From Octopus vulgaris (lineage: Eukaryota), in NCBI GenBank assembly GCA_951406725.2, contig OX597818.1:79918001-79982000 (forward strand): DNA of 64,000 bases, given 5' to 3'. Below are positions 1-15,778 of the stretch, piece by piece. Every line of letters begins with the position of its first letter. Positions within the stretch are counted from its first letter, which is position 1. Made by a program: the position numbers and the translations under genes. Below the pieces are notes generated by a model that was given only the letters and a program-made list of their open reading frames with translations, made no database searches and was not told the DNA's origin.

Positions 1-142
1 TAAAGTTACAACATCTGTATTATTGGTTCAGATTTCAACTAATAATTATCAAAAGAATTGGTTAAATGACTAGCTACCTCGATATCAACAATCTTGAGAA
101 TCTATATATATATAATCCTGTAAATCTTCACATACATATCTA

Positions 143-226
143 TACATACATACATACATACATACATACATACATACATACATACATACATACATACATA
201 CATACATACATACATACATACATACA
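143..226. repeat. (TACA)n microsatellite
   Basis: Perfect TACA tandem array; explains the YIHT/MYVC ORFs. Confidence 0.95.
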
Positions 227-650
227 CTGGGTTGGTAAAAAAGTTTGTAGCATTTTCAAATAAAATCCATTAACAATATTTAGACAGTTGTACATACTTT
301 TACCGAACCACATACTTAACATGTTTTGTTCCACTACTTTTCGCTACATTTGAGGCAGCTTCGTGATACCATCCTCCCAGAACTTGGCATCTTTCTGGGT
401 CATGAGCTGATCTAAGTAGTTTTTACACTCTTTTCAAGAAAATCAATTTCTTCTCATTAAGAGCATTTTGTAGGGATCGGAATAAATGATAATCCGAAGA
501 TGCAAGGTCAGGTGAGCACGGTGAGTAAATTAAGACATCCCATCCAAGCTCCACCAATTTTTGCCTGGTCTGCAAAGAAACTTGCGGTCTTGCGTTGTCC
601 TGATGTAAGATGACAACCTTTCGGTTGGCCAATTCTGGACGTTTTTCATC
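227..650 (-). mobile_element. mariner (DD34D) 3' fragment with terminal inverted repeat
   Basis: ORF 423-632(-) has HQDNARP...SPDLASSDYHLFRSLQN, the C-terminal mariner catalytic motifs; the end CTGGGTTGGTAAAAAAG abuts the microsatellite. Confidence 0.85.
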
Positions 651-854
651 AATTGCCTCCGTTAATCAGGCTAATTGAGAAGATTAATTGTCTGAATTTA
701 ATAGTCTGATTTATATATATGATAGACTCTCCCATCGTCAGACGACGTATGAGCGTTCTACAATTTCTTACCGAACAACCAAAAAGATGATCCATCAGAT
801 CGATACTATATGTACTGGTGTAACAGGTGTTACATGTCAGATGTCGAAATGATT

Positions 855-969
855 TCAGAGCAACGTGAAATGAAGTGCTTTGCTCAAGAACACAACGCAA
901 CGCCTGGTCTGGGAATCGAACCCACGATGGCGCAATCGTGAGTACAACACCTTAACCACTAAGCCAAGC
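855..969 (-). mobile_element. tRNA-derived SINE head (family C)
   Basis: Reverse complement GCTTAGTGGTTAAGG...GTTCGATTCCC (A/B boxes); homologous to 10366-10613. Confidence 0.75.
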
Positions 970-1086
<117 letters not shown>

Positions 1087-1126
1087 GTATATTGCATAGT
1101 ATATATAAGCATACATGTATAGTATA

Positions 1127-1171
<45 letters not shown>

Positions 1172-1489
1172 TTAGTATATGCATGCGTGCTCGTATATCA
1201 CCTTATAGCTTCGTGAGAGCTTCAAAAATGTATGTATGTGTGTGTATGTATGTGTGTGTGTATGTGTGTGTGTGTGTGTGTGCGTGTGTGTTTATGCACA
1301 GGGAAAATTGGACTTATTGTTTATGGAAGATGAATGGCCACGAGTCCTTTATTTGCTAGACTTGCCAACATGATTCCGAGTCGCATTTGTTCATTGCATA
1401 ATGTCTAAGTTCACTTAAATATAATGAAGTGATCCCAGTTCACTCAGGAATCTTCATCACTTTATAATCCATCAAGCGCTCCTGTCTCG

Positions 1490-1700
1490 AAGGAGCGTGA
1501 CCTAGTGGACAGCGTATTGCACTCGCGATCTTATGATCGTGATTTCGATTCCTAGACCGGGCGATCTGTTGCATTCTTGCGCAAAAACATTTCATTTCGA
1601 AATGATTCTGTTGAGCATGCGGCGGACAAGTGTCCTATTCAGAGCGCAATCAATTGCACATTATAGAAACCGGGTAAATGACTCCTAGGTCTTATGTCTC
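1490..1700 (+). mobile_element. diverged tRNA-derived SINE (family C)
   Basis: CCTAGTGG...GATTTCGATTCCTAGACCGGGCG...GAAACCGGG. Confidence 0.65.
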
Positions 1701-2073
1701 CTAGCCCTTACGGCTCCAAGGGCTCATGAGAGACCAAATCGTCACTATCGGGATACGTACAGAGTCTGGTGCTGTGTTTTCGTCTAAATCTCGTGACATC
1801 CCAGAAACTACCAGGAAAAAAAAAACGAACAATGGTTTTGGACTGTCATTGAGTAACTTGTCTATGTTCTCAGTCCATAGATTTTGGGGCTCATTTCTAT
1901 ATATAGAACTGGACAAGCCTTTATACTCACATTCAAGCATACAAACACGCACATCTGCTTACATTTATACACATGCATGTACACATGCATACAATATACA
2001 TCCGCACACACACACACACGGACATAAATATGTATGCATTTATAAATTACACACATATACATATTTATATATA

Positions 2074-3360
2074 CAAGATGTTCAAAACGTCTCTCTGCAG
2101 TGAATGTTTTTCATCCTGCGCATGCGTAACTTGGCTATCCCTGTGTTGGTGGCTGTGTGTTAGCCATTGTCCCTCAGTCATTGTGTACCATTCAGCGTGT
2201 CCACATGCTAACCATTGTAGATCGTACATTTTTAGTTGAATGGGTGTTTCGAGCTGGAAACAAATACACAGATACCGTGAAACAGAAGGTCAGTGGAACT
2301 TTTTCAAATACAATTGTTCCACATCGTGACACTGCGCGGGATTTGAAAAGAAAATTTGGAAACACAGGCTCAGTGGAAGACGCAGCAAGAAGCTGTAGGC
2401 CTACTGCCCTTTCAGATGAAACACTTCCCAATATTTCTGATAAACTGTTGGCAAGCCTGTCAAAGTCCTCATACAAATTGTCACAGGAAACGGAAATCAA
2501 CCTAGGAAGTGCTCACATGGCAGCAAAACAGAAATTAAATTTCTTTCCCTACAAAAGAATTGAAGACTACGGATCATGCTAAAAGGCTTCATTATTGTCA
2601 TTGGTTCCAAAACTTTGTTGCTGAAAAAGGCATAGAAGTGCTGGACGGGTGTTTTTACACCGATGGGGCTTTGTTTCATCTGTCGGGACACATAAATGCG
2701 CAAAACACAAAGTTATGCAGCACTGAGAATCCACACGCGACGCATGAGCAACCTCTGCATTTCGAAAAAGTTGAAGTATGGATAGCAATTTAGAGAAGCG
2801 CATTGTGGGACAGATATTTTCTGAAGACACCATCAACACCTAGAAATATTGCTCAAATATTGTCTATCCATTTGTAGTCCAACTCACTGATATTGAAATT
2901 AATAATGCATACTTTCAGCAAGTTGGAGCTACAGCACATACTTCGCGCATCACCATGCCGCTACTTCAGGAGTTTTTCGGTGAATGGATTATTTCGAAGT
3001 GACTTTGGCCACCAAGATCACCTGATTTAACACCGCCAGAGTTTTTTGTTTGGCGTGGGGGGAGGAGAAAGTAAAGGATCAGTGTACAAGAATCGCCCGA
3101 AAACCATTAATGAGCTAAAAGACGCAATCATAACCTTCCCAAGGTCCATACTGCGTCAGACTCTCCAAGATGTATTTAAAACCTTGTGTAGAAGAGTTAA
3201 CTTATATATTGAAAACGAAGGACGACACTTTCAACACCTCTTATAAAGTTTTTTTTTAATTCTTGTAAAGTCTAACATATTCTTTTGTAGTCTTTATACC
3301 ATCTTATAAATATTTTTTGCAATAAAATACTTACTACGGAGAGACTTTTTGAATACACTG
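2074..3360 (+). mobile_element. Tc1/mariner-superfamily element (DUF4817-type N-terminus, rosa/DD41D-like group), decayed
   Basis: Imperfect TIRs CAAGATGTTCAAAACGTCTCTC / GAGAGACTTTTTGAATACACTG with TA on the left. Frameshifted transposase: KFGNTGSVEDAARSCRP, FYTDGALFHLSGHINAQN, FQQVGATAH, WPPRSPDLTPPEF, EGRHFQHLL. Confidence 0.85.
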
Positions 3361-3462
3361 TGTGTGTGTGTATACAGGGAAAGAGGGGGATACACACATG
3401 TACATATACATTTAAGTAAATATGTACATATGTGTGTGTGTGCATAATTATGTATGTGTGGG

Positions 3463-3520
<58 letters not shown>

Positions 3521-3691
3521 GTATATATTTATATCTGTACGTACGTATGTATGTTAGTATGTATGTATATGAGCGTAAGTAAGTACACAGCTGGGTATCA
3601 ATACATTTTCAAAATAGAAAAATAATTTTAGAAGGTAGGGAACATAAAGCGAGACATATGTTACATTGTATTTCCTTGTGAATTACATACA

Positions 3692-3777
<86 letters not shown>

Positions 3778-3866
3778 CATTCATACAGATATATATTCAC
3801 AGGTATAAATGTGTGTATACATAATGAATACATATATACACACTCACACGTGTGTGTGTATATGAA

Positions 3867-3907
<41 letters not shown>

Positions 3908-4046
3908 TTATGTATATATATATTCATAAATATATATATAGTAAAGAAAAGAGTATATATACACATATACATATATATGAATATATAGATATAGATATAC
4001 ATGTATTATATGTCTACACTATATACACACATTCATATATATATAT

Positions 4047-4089
<43 letters not shown>

Positions 4090-4669
4090 TATATATACGC
4101 ATATACTTGTATGTTTGTATGTGTATATATATATATATAGACAGACATATATATATATTCATATCTATATATATATATGTATGTATATATCTTTATACAT
4201 GCATGTTTGTGTGTACGGGTGTTTGTGCGCGTATGTGTACATACACATACATATGTCTGTGTGTATGTATGTATATCTGCGTATGTACGTATTTACTTAA
4301 AAAAGCACGAAGAAGAACAGAATGAAAACTTTACACGGATGTTTGTGTGGGAGGATGTATATAATGTGGAGTAAGTGTCTGCGAGTGTATAAACGAATGA
4401 CGCAACAAGCTCTCGAGACAATGACATGCAGACAATAGGTGCCTCTAGTCCTGCTTCACTGCTGATGTTTTGTCTGTGTGTAGGGTTGGGCCGAGTGGGT
4501 AGGGCCTTGGCTCTAACTTAAATTCGTCTGTTTACGCTCAGCATTCCATTAAACACCATAGGGGTGAGTAAATACTATCTTTTCCCTCATCCCGCTTTCA
4601 TGTGACATTTATAAATGGTTTGTATTTGGTCGTATGTATAGCATGTTTTGATATTTTTAGGTCTGTAAA

Positions 4670-5345
4670 GGCGTCGAGCTGGCAGGATCATTAGCACGGC
4701 GGGTAAAATGCTTAGCGGCATTTCGTCTGTTTTAACGTTCTGAGTTCAAATTCCGCTGAAATCCATTCTGCCTTTCATTCTTTCGGGGTTGATAGAATAG
4801 GTACCAGTTCATCAGTGGAGTCGTTATAATCGATCTGCCTCATCTCCCGAAATTGCCTCCAGAAATTTGAAATCAATTTTTTTAGGTCTGTAAAGGTGAC
4901 GAGTTGGCTGAATTGTTAACACACCGGACAGAGTTCTTAATGGTTTTTCTTCTGATTCTTTAGGTTCTGAGTTCAGATTTCACTGTGGTCTACTTTACAT
5001 TTCATCCTTTCGGGGTTCATAAAATAACCACTATTTGAGCATATGCGTCGATGTAATCGACTAACCCCTACATCATATTTCAGGCATTATGCCTACATAG
5101 GAATTTGTTCCCTGCTATTTCAGGATTTCGAGTTCGTGAACTGGCAGAAACGTTATCACGTCGGACAAAATACTTAGCGGCATTTCTTCTGGCTCTTTAC
5201 GTCCTGAGTTCAAATACCATTGTCGTTAACTTTGCATTTCATCCCTTCTGGGGCCAATATAATAGATACCAGCTGAACCCTGGCATCGATATAATCGACT
5301 GGACTCCTGTTCTAAATTTCAGGTCTGGTACCTACTGTAGAAAGA
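4670..5345 (+). mobile_element. three tandem copies of SINE family B
   Basis: Repeated GAGCTGGCAG..TTAGCAC..GAGTTCAAATTCC..GCCTTTCATCCTTTCGGGGTCGAT..TACCAG motif. Confidence 0.8.
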
Positions 5346-5899
5346 AATATGTTTAGGTCTGTACGAGTCAACGAAGAAGTCTCTACATGCTCGTTTATTT
5401 TCTGGAAATCGCAGCCAATTCTCCCTCGTGTTACATGTTACAGTCTTATATAAAAACAAGACACATAGGATCATGTAGTCCTATATGCCGTCAAAAATAC
5501 AAGATGGCCATAGCTGGAATCAGATCATAGATCTATGTCTGTTAAGGTTGAGGTTAACATGTAACTAAGTAAATGGTCTAAAGCCCACAAATTCCAGCTC
5601 CCCCTCCCCCTCCCCACCTATGTTCCACAAGTATTACTGAAAAGTTTTGCCCCACCCACTTTATTTTTGGCACCAAAATAATTCTTTCTTTCTTCACCAA
5701 GAAATTCGACAAGTTTAACAAGCTGGAAGCCATTTCGATATACTTAGATATGGCAAATTATCCACCGCTCCCCTCACACACATACACATACACCTTTTCA
5801 TTCTCACAGCCTCCGGCCGCACCCCGTTGGATGCCCCTGTTTCCCTTATGACAGACATTGGGCTAAACAACAGCTTCTATAACTAGTTTTCAGGAGGGT

Positions 5900-6310
5900 G
5901 AGGGCCTGGCAAAATCGTTAGAGCGTTGCCAACAAAGAAAAAAATACATAAATAAATAAATTCCTTGTGATATTTGTTCTGGCTCTTTACATCTGACTTC
6001 AAGTTCTGCCGAGATCAAATTTATATTTTATCTTTTCGGAGTCGATAAAGTAAAGCGCTTGTCAAGTACTGGGTCAATGGAATCAACTTCGCCCTTCCCT
6101 TCAATTTTTCTGGTCCCGTGCATAAATATGAAACAATTTAGTAGCATTTTTACCGACTCATTACTTTCTGAGTTCATATTCCATTGATGTCAACTTTAAC
6201 CTTCATCCTTTCAGGGTCGATTAAATAAAGTACCTGTCAAGTACTGGTGTCGATGAAATCGACTAAACTCACTCCCAATAAAATTGCTGGGCTTGAGCCA
6301 AAATTTGAAA
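5900..6310 (+). mobile_element. two diverged SINE family B copies
   Basis: Same core CTTCATCCTTTCAGGGTCGAT..AAAGTACC..CAAGTACTGG. Confidence 0.7.
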
Positions 6311-6399
6311 GAAATATTATTATTACATGTGACAGATTGTAAGAATCGTTAGCGCATCAAGAAAAAACCTTACTGTATTTCTTCCATCTCTCTTCGTTT

Positions 6400-6577
6400 A
6401 GGGTCTAGTCGAACGAATCGACCCCAGTATATATTTTTCTAAGTCTGGTACTTACTTTATTGGTTTCTTTTACCGAAACACTAAGTTTCGAGGATGTAAA
6501 CAAACCAACACCGGTTTTTCAAACGATTGTGAGGAGACAGAAGCAAACACAAAAACGCGCATACATGTGTATATATA
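6400..6577 (-). mobile_element. SINE family A 3' half; Tc1 inserted at its TA tract
   Basis: TAGTCGAACGAATCGACCCCAG...GATGTAAACAAACCAACACCGG matches 17000-17200. Confidence 0.6.
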
Positions 6578-6579
6578 TA

Positions 6580-9010
<2,431 letters not shown>

Positions 9011-9606
9011 GACGGATTTCCTCTCAAACAGCGGTCCTTTAGGATCTCCTCCTTTTTCATGCTTTTTCCTGCAGGTGCCGATCGGCAACAGCTTAAGCAG
9101 AACATTAACGGCATCAATATTAAGTCTCGGAGGGCCTCCGTGGATCATGTGCACTACCCCTTCCTCCAGACACAGCAAGTAAATAAATAGAAGATATGTT
9201 TAAAAACTTATGCTATTATAGTGTGTCAAACAGTATTAATATCGCTGTTACTCATTCAACTAAACTAAATCTACGAGAACCAGGCGACTCTAACTATCTG
9301 TAAATTAAAAGAGAAACTTACGAATGTAAAAAATATCAGTATAACATAATTTATAAAACTTAAAAACAACTATTAGTGATTATAACAACATAGTTTATAA
9401 AACCTTAAACTTAAAAGCAATTATTAATGATTATATCAGCAATGTTATAGCAATCAGCCATGATTAATGATTGGTTGGCTGGTTGGAATAGCATTACAGA
9501 AAAGTTAGTTTCTTTATTATTTTAACTGAAGACAAAATTCATGGCTTATAGTGCCCAACAATGCAAAAATAACATATATTTCCTGATATTTAATAGCCTC
9601 ATTTAA

Positions 9607-9815
9607 GGTGGAGTGCCGGCAGAATCGTTAGCATGCTGAGCAAATTTCTTAGCGGTATTTCGTCCGTCTTTACGTTCTGAGTCCAAATTCCGCTGAGGTC
9701 AACTTTACCTTTCATCCTATCGGGGTAAATAAAAAAAGTGCTCACTGAGAACTGGGAACGCTGAATTCGACTCACCCACTCCTCTGAAATTGCTGGCCTT
9801 GTACCAAAATTTGAT
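9607..9815 (+). mobile_element. SINE family B
   Basis: GGCAGAATCGTTAGCA...GAGTCCAAATTCCGCTGAGGTCAACTTTACCTTTCATCC. Confidence 0.8.
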
Positions 9816-9844
9816 ATTTAATAAGCTCCTTTAAACATTTACCA

Positions 9845-10262
9845 GTTTCTTTTTACGGCCAGGACTAAAGGAGAAGGCTTTGCCCAGGATATTTACAACC
9901 CCTCTAATGCTAGTGAGATCGACGCGGTTAAAGTTTCTATTTTATGACTGCATGTTAACGGATGCAGGGAAAAGATGGGTTGGGAGAATTCCAGAGGACT
10001 GATATCTGGGAAGAAAGAGCTCGCCATAGGGGTTAATGCAGGATCTGCAGAGAATACTAGTATAGAGGATGAGAGGTTGGTACAGAGACAAATGAGCTGA
10101 GAACATCTGAATGTAGGTGACAGAAGACCAGCCAGATAAACGGAGCAGAAACCAAACAGCAGCGGTGGAATAGGTAGGGGAGAAGACTCCACATTTATGA
10201 GTCAGAGGTTGGAGTGCGTTACCAAGTGACCCTATGGCAATCAGCTGAGGAAAACAGTCAGA
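9845..10262 (-). mobile_element. CR1/Jockey-group LINE 3' end, decayed
   Basis: Frame-broken peptides LIAIGSLGNALQPLTHK, CSVYLAGLLSP, SFFP..., LPTHLFPASVNMQS resemble the C-terminus of CR1-like ORF2. Confidence 0.6.
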
Positions 10263-10365
10263 CATTTCGTTACCTAGATACAGGGTTCAAATGTTATTTG
10301 GCGTAGAGTTCACTTTTAATGCTTCTGTGATTAATAGAGTACCAGTAATATAATTAAAATAAGTA

Positions 10366-10613
10366 AATGCGCCCTTTTAAAGCCTAGCCAGGCTCATGGG
10401 CCGGTTTCCCGGTTTCTATGGCGTATGTGTTTCCCAGCTGGACAGGACGCCAGTCTATCGCAGCGTTACTCATTTTTGCCAGTTGAGTAGACTGGAGCAA
10501 CGTGAAATGAAGTGTTTTGCTCAAGAACACAACGCGTCGCCCGGTCCAGGAATCGAAACTACAACCTTACGATCATGATGCTGACACCCTAACCACTAAG
10601 CCGCGCGCCTCCA
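10366..10613 (-). mobile_element. tRNA-derived SINE family C, near full length
   Basis: Head GGAGGCGCGCGGCTTAGTGGTTAGG..GTTTCGATTCC; tail GCGATAGACTGGCGTCCTGTCCAG..GAAACCGGG; related copies at 11668-11920(+), 40555-40660(+), 46680-46920(-). Confidence 0.85.
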
Positions 10614-10699
10614 CACCAGTAATATACTGGCTTAGAATTTTTCAGCTATCTCTCTATCTATCTTTCTCACTCTTCTCTCTCTTTGAATAATTATCGTTG

Positions 10700-10910
10700 T
10701 TGGCATTTTTGGTACAAAGCCAATAATTTTAAGGGGAAGGGTTAGCTGACTGCATCGAGTTCAGTTCTCAACTGGTACTTATTTTATCGGCTTCGAAAGG
10801 ATGAAAAGCAAAGTCGGCCTTGGTGAAATTTGAACTCAGAAGGTATAGCCGAAAGAAATGCTGTGGAGCATTTTTGTTCCAACGCGCTGATGACGCTGTC
10901 TGCTCGCTAA
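10700..10910 (-). mobile_element. SINE family B
   Basis: Reverse complement of family B core: GGTACTTATTTTATCGGCTTCGAAAGGATGAAAAGCAAAGTC. Confidence 0.75.
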
Positions 10911-11129
10911 TAATGCAATAATACTTCTAGAAAATGTATTCAATACAGGATATCTTTCTTACGTTACTCAAATCAAAATGTTAACGTGGATATCAATATT
11001 TCTTTAATAAAGTTATTTTCTGGAAATTTTATATATTTTTTTAGATCATTTAATATATTTCTTACATTAATACTCTATTGTTTGTTTTAACAGCAAAATA
11101 TATATACAATCCTGGGCACAAATCAATTT

Positions 11130-11636
11130 AGTTGTGACCTCCTTCGGTCATGAATGACCATGGGATTGCACCTAGAAAGTTACCCTCCGAGGCACAAGTC
11201 TGGGCAAGGTTGTTTATGGAAGACCAGCTGTCACCCACACATACCAGCCTCCTCCTCTCCACCCCACCGATGTTATCCAAGGGAAAGGCAAATGCCGATA
11301 CAGCTTGGCACCAGTGACGTTGCAGCTCCTTTATTAACGTGCTGAACACTCCACAGACACGTGTACCCTTAACGTAGTTCTCGGAGATATTCAGCGTGAC
11401 ACAGAGTGTGACAAGGCTGGCCCTTTGAAATACAGGTACAACAGATACAGGAAGAAAGAGTGAGAGAAAGTTGTGGTGAAAGACTACAGCAGGGTTCACC
11501 ACCACCCCTGCCGTAACCTCGTGGAGCTTTAGGTGTTTTCGCTCAATAAACACTCACAATGCCCGGTCTGGGAATCGAAACCGCGATCCTACGACCCCGA
11601 GTCCGCTGCCCAAACCACTGGGCCATTGCGCCTCCA
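11130..11636 (-). mobile_element. long tRNA-derived SINE (family D)
   Basis: Head GGAGGCGCAATGGCCCAGTGG...GGTTTCGATTCCCAGACCGGGC; body segment shared with 26870-27100. Confidence 0.8.
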
Positions 11637-11667
11637 CAGCAATTTAGTGATGAGTATACAATAATAG

Positions 11668-11920
11668 GGAGGTGTGTAGTCTACTAGTTAGCATGTTGGA
11701 CTCACGTTCACAGGATCGTGGTTTCGATTCCCAGACCAGATGGTGCGCTGTGCTCTTGATCAAAACACTTCAATTCACCTTACTCCAGTCCAGTCTGCTG
11801 TAAATTAGTAACATTGCGACTGACTAGTGTTACGTTCATAGGGATGTTGTGACCTTGGTTACATATACCCCCATGAAAGTCAGGAGTGCGGCCCTATGAA
11901 TCCTATGACTCGAGACAGTA
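11668..11920 (+). mobile_element. diverged SINE family C
   Basis: GGATCGTGGTTTCGATTCCCAGACC..TGTGCTCTTGATCAAAACACTTC. Confidence 0.7.
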
Positions 11921-13465
11921 AATGAAGGAGTTGATGATGATGATGATGAAGTAATTTAGTATAAATTTATTATATTATTGAATACTTGAGTATTTTAAAC
12001 ATTTGAAATGTTTGAATAATTTTTTTCAAACCTGTAGATGCGCTAGATGTGCCGTTTATTGTTCAAGTTAATGTTATAATTTGCAATTTAAAAATACAGA
12101 GGAAAAATAATGGGAAAAGAAAATATATAAGTGAATAATGAATACAAACCTGAAAAAAAAAATTAATTGATTAAGAATAAATTATAAACATAAAGCAAAT
12201 CGAGATGTCTTAAGTATTAGGAAGTATGATTGGTGTATAGTGTTTAAAATTTTGTTATATAACAACGTATAGAGACTTCTGAATGTTTATTTAGCAGTGA
12301 TTTCTGGGCATATAAAATTTCAAAGGTTTCAGCTGTGCACACATAACAAGGTCTCGTATTTCCGTTGTAGGGATTTTGCACGCGAAACTATTTCCTATTT
12401 CAGTTCGAAATTTGTATTATTGTTTTACATTTAATTTACAAATGTTAAAAGATTAGTGTCTTTGTTGCGTATTATATTTTGAAATTCTCAGTTAATCACT
12501 ATTTTAAGAGACTTATGTCAAACTATTACATTCGAATAAATCACCCTCGAAAAATTTTCTAAAATCTCAAATCTAATTTTTCACTTTTCAAATTCTAAAT
12601 TTGAAATTTAATTTTTCACTTTTTTAAATCAAAATTTTAAACTTAATTTTTGAATTTTTTAACTCCTGAATTTTAAATTTAACTTCCCATTTAGATTTAA
12701 CCTTACCGATGTTCTATCTCGATATATTTTTGAATTACCGTTCCGTAAAAATATTACGCTTAAACGTCTTTTATGTAAACAAACATTTAGATCATATATG
12801 CTGTGAATATAACCTGCATAAAGGCCATATTCCCAACTAATTTGTTGAGGAGAAACTTTCTGATTTTAGGCAGCTGGTTTTGAAAAACACCAAGTCATTT
12901 CAAGACGGAAGCCGTAAATACTGCATTTCTAAATTCTTGGTCATCATCACAGCACCGTTTTCCGCAAATGAGACAGCCTTGAAATGGCTTTGGAATCATT
13001 GATTTTCTTATAGTGCACCATCTATTTTGCTTCATCGCAAAATGCATTCTAAAAACAATTGCATACCATAGTGTTATTTGTAGTTCAACTGCTACAAAAC
13101 ATTTATAAAATCTACACGTCGAAATATAGTATTCACTATACCTTACACCTCTACACAAGTAACACCTCTTACTTCCGTGATTTTTTCTTACAGTTTCCCT
13201 GTCTGAGTGACACAAAGACTGAAATATTGTTATTCTGAGTGATGAATTCAAATTTCGCTGAGGTCGACTTTGCCTTTCATCATTTCGAAGTCGATAAAAT
13301 AAGAACCAGTTGTAATTGACTTACCCATCCCCTCAAAACATTGCTGGCCCCTATGCCAATACTTGAAACCATTATTTCACAAGACGAGGATGTCTCAAAA
13401 GAAAATCTTAAACACCCATACGCAAACACAAATATTTGTATTATGTATATGTACACGGAAGTATG

Positions 13466-13539
<74 letters not shown>

Positions 13540-13804
13540 TAAACATATATATATATATATATATATAGTAATATATCCACACATATACATATAGATAGAT
13601 ATTTAGATACGTGTGTGCGTGTGTGTATGTATCTGCATATGTGTATGCGTATGCGTATATATATGCGTATATACTTATATATACATACATATTGTATTAT
13701 ATATACTATATTACACATGGTATATATACATAAATATGTTATACATTATATATTATATATGATATATATGCATTTTGTATCATATAGATATATGTGTGTG
13801 TGTG

Positions 13805-13955
13805 TGTGTGTGTTCGGCTGTAAAGTTACATATGAGACTCAATGACCGAAAGTTTCGTGTATTGCACTCATCAAAGTTTGATGAGTGCAATGCACATAAT
13901 TCTCGACTCTTAAATCACATGTACAATTTTACAGTCAAATAAACACACATACACA
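13805..13955. repeat. imperfect fold-back containing two back-to-back degenerate hammerhead motifs
   Basis: Core palindrome GTGTATTGCACTCATCAAA-G-TTTGATGAGTGCAATGCAC (13857-13895); the minus arm reads TTGATGA GTG caata CAC GAAAC tttcg GTC. Confidence 0.6.
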
Positions 13956-13960
13956 TATGC

Positions 13961-14000
<40 letters not shown>

Positions 14001-14269
14001 GCACATCGAATTAAGGAATCATAGAATTTATACGACGGTGATGAAAAGATAAGGTTAAATTTGATAATTTGTTCTATATTTATAGATTGCATCAGGAATG
14101 GAACCACTTCAATACATATGTGTCTGAACGTATGTACATTCGGACACCTATACACTCGGATGCATATATACTCGAATACGCATATACAGTTAAACACCCA
14201 TACACTGGAATGCACATACACACGATCACATATGATGCGTTCGGTGGGGGAGAAAGGAATTCTTTTATT

Positions 14270-14818
<549 letters not shown>

Positions 14819-14989
14819 CTTTACTCATTTTAAAGGAATATCTGAATCCTCATTTTTCAAATAGAAATTTCAGTTGGAGTATCAGCAATAAACAAGGGAG
14901 AGCTGGACACAGCGCATCCCAAGCGTTGTAGGGATAAAACAGCCGCCTGATAATTAAGTTTGTTTGATAAATTTTTATCCTTCTTTCTT

Positions 14990-15340
14990 TTATTTCTAGG
15001 CTTATTTTCAGTCGTATTTGCTGTTTGTTTGTCTGTGGACACGATATCTCAAGAGCTGCTGAATGTATTCGGACGAAACTTTCAGGGATGTTTTGCCTTG
15101 TGACTGGCCCGAACTGATTAGATTTTAGGATCGATCCTGTACAGGACAAGGATTCTGGATTATTTTTCCGGTTATTTTACTTAATTTTTGTGAGCGGTTG
15201 GATTCATTTTTAATATTTTTGTTTGTGAGAACAGTCGAGTTCATTTCAGATATTCTCATTTAAAAAATCAGCTTCGACTAACCGTTGAGAGGGCGTTGGT
15301 GTTGCCTTGGCGGAAGTTTGTGCTCTCTGAGTGCTCATGT
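14990..15340 (+). mobile_element. Helentron-associated non-autonomous element (HINE/DINE-1-like)
   Basis: GTTT/GTCT tract, 3' subterminal CCTTGGCGGAAGT, terminal stem-loop GTGCTCTCTGAGTGC; homologous to 61056-61440. Confidence 0.7.
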
Positions 15341-15662
15341 TTATTTTTGTATTTATTGTAGTGTTGCGAATTTACATTCGTTTCACAAAACAATATGCAC
15401 TTATCTGCCAATATATGCACATCCAATAGACAAATATATTTCACAATCGAATTTATGATATAAACTAGTTTTAAATTAAAAAGATATATTATCTTCTTGT
15501 TTCTGTATATCTGCATATATCACACAATAATAGTTCATTTAAATACGTATTTGGATTTGTAAATAATTCACAAATTCACAAAAAGTACAAATCTAAAATA
15601 ACAATATACCTTGGAAAACTTCAAATGTAACAAACCGAACGCGTCATTTACACTCAGAGATA

Positions 15663-15684
15663 TGTGTGTGTTTGTGCGTGTGCG

Positions 15685-15775
<91 letters not shown>
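15663..15775. repeat. (TG)n microsatellite
   Basis: Direct observation. Confidence 0.95.

Positions 15776-15778
<3 letters not shown>

Noticed and set aside
12895-13251. Cys-rich ORF (KRCYLC..CLICGKRCC), possible zinc finger or piggyBac tail
   Set aside because: Spacing fits no motif I can recognise, and the ORF starts inside a SINE
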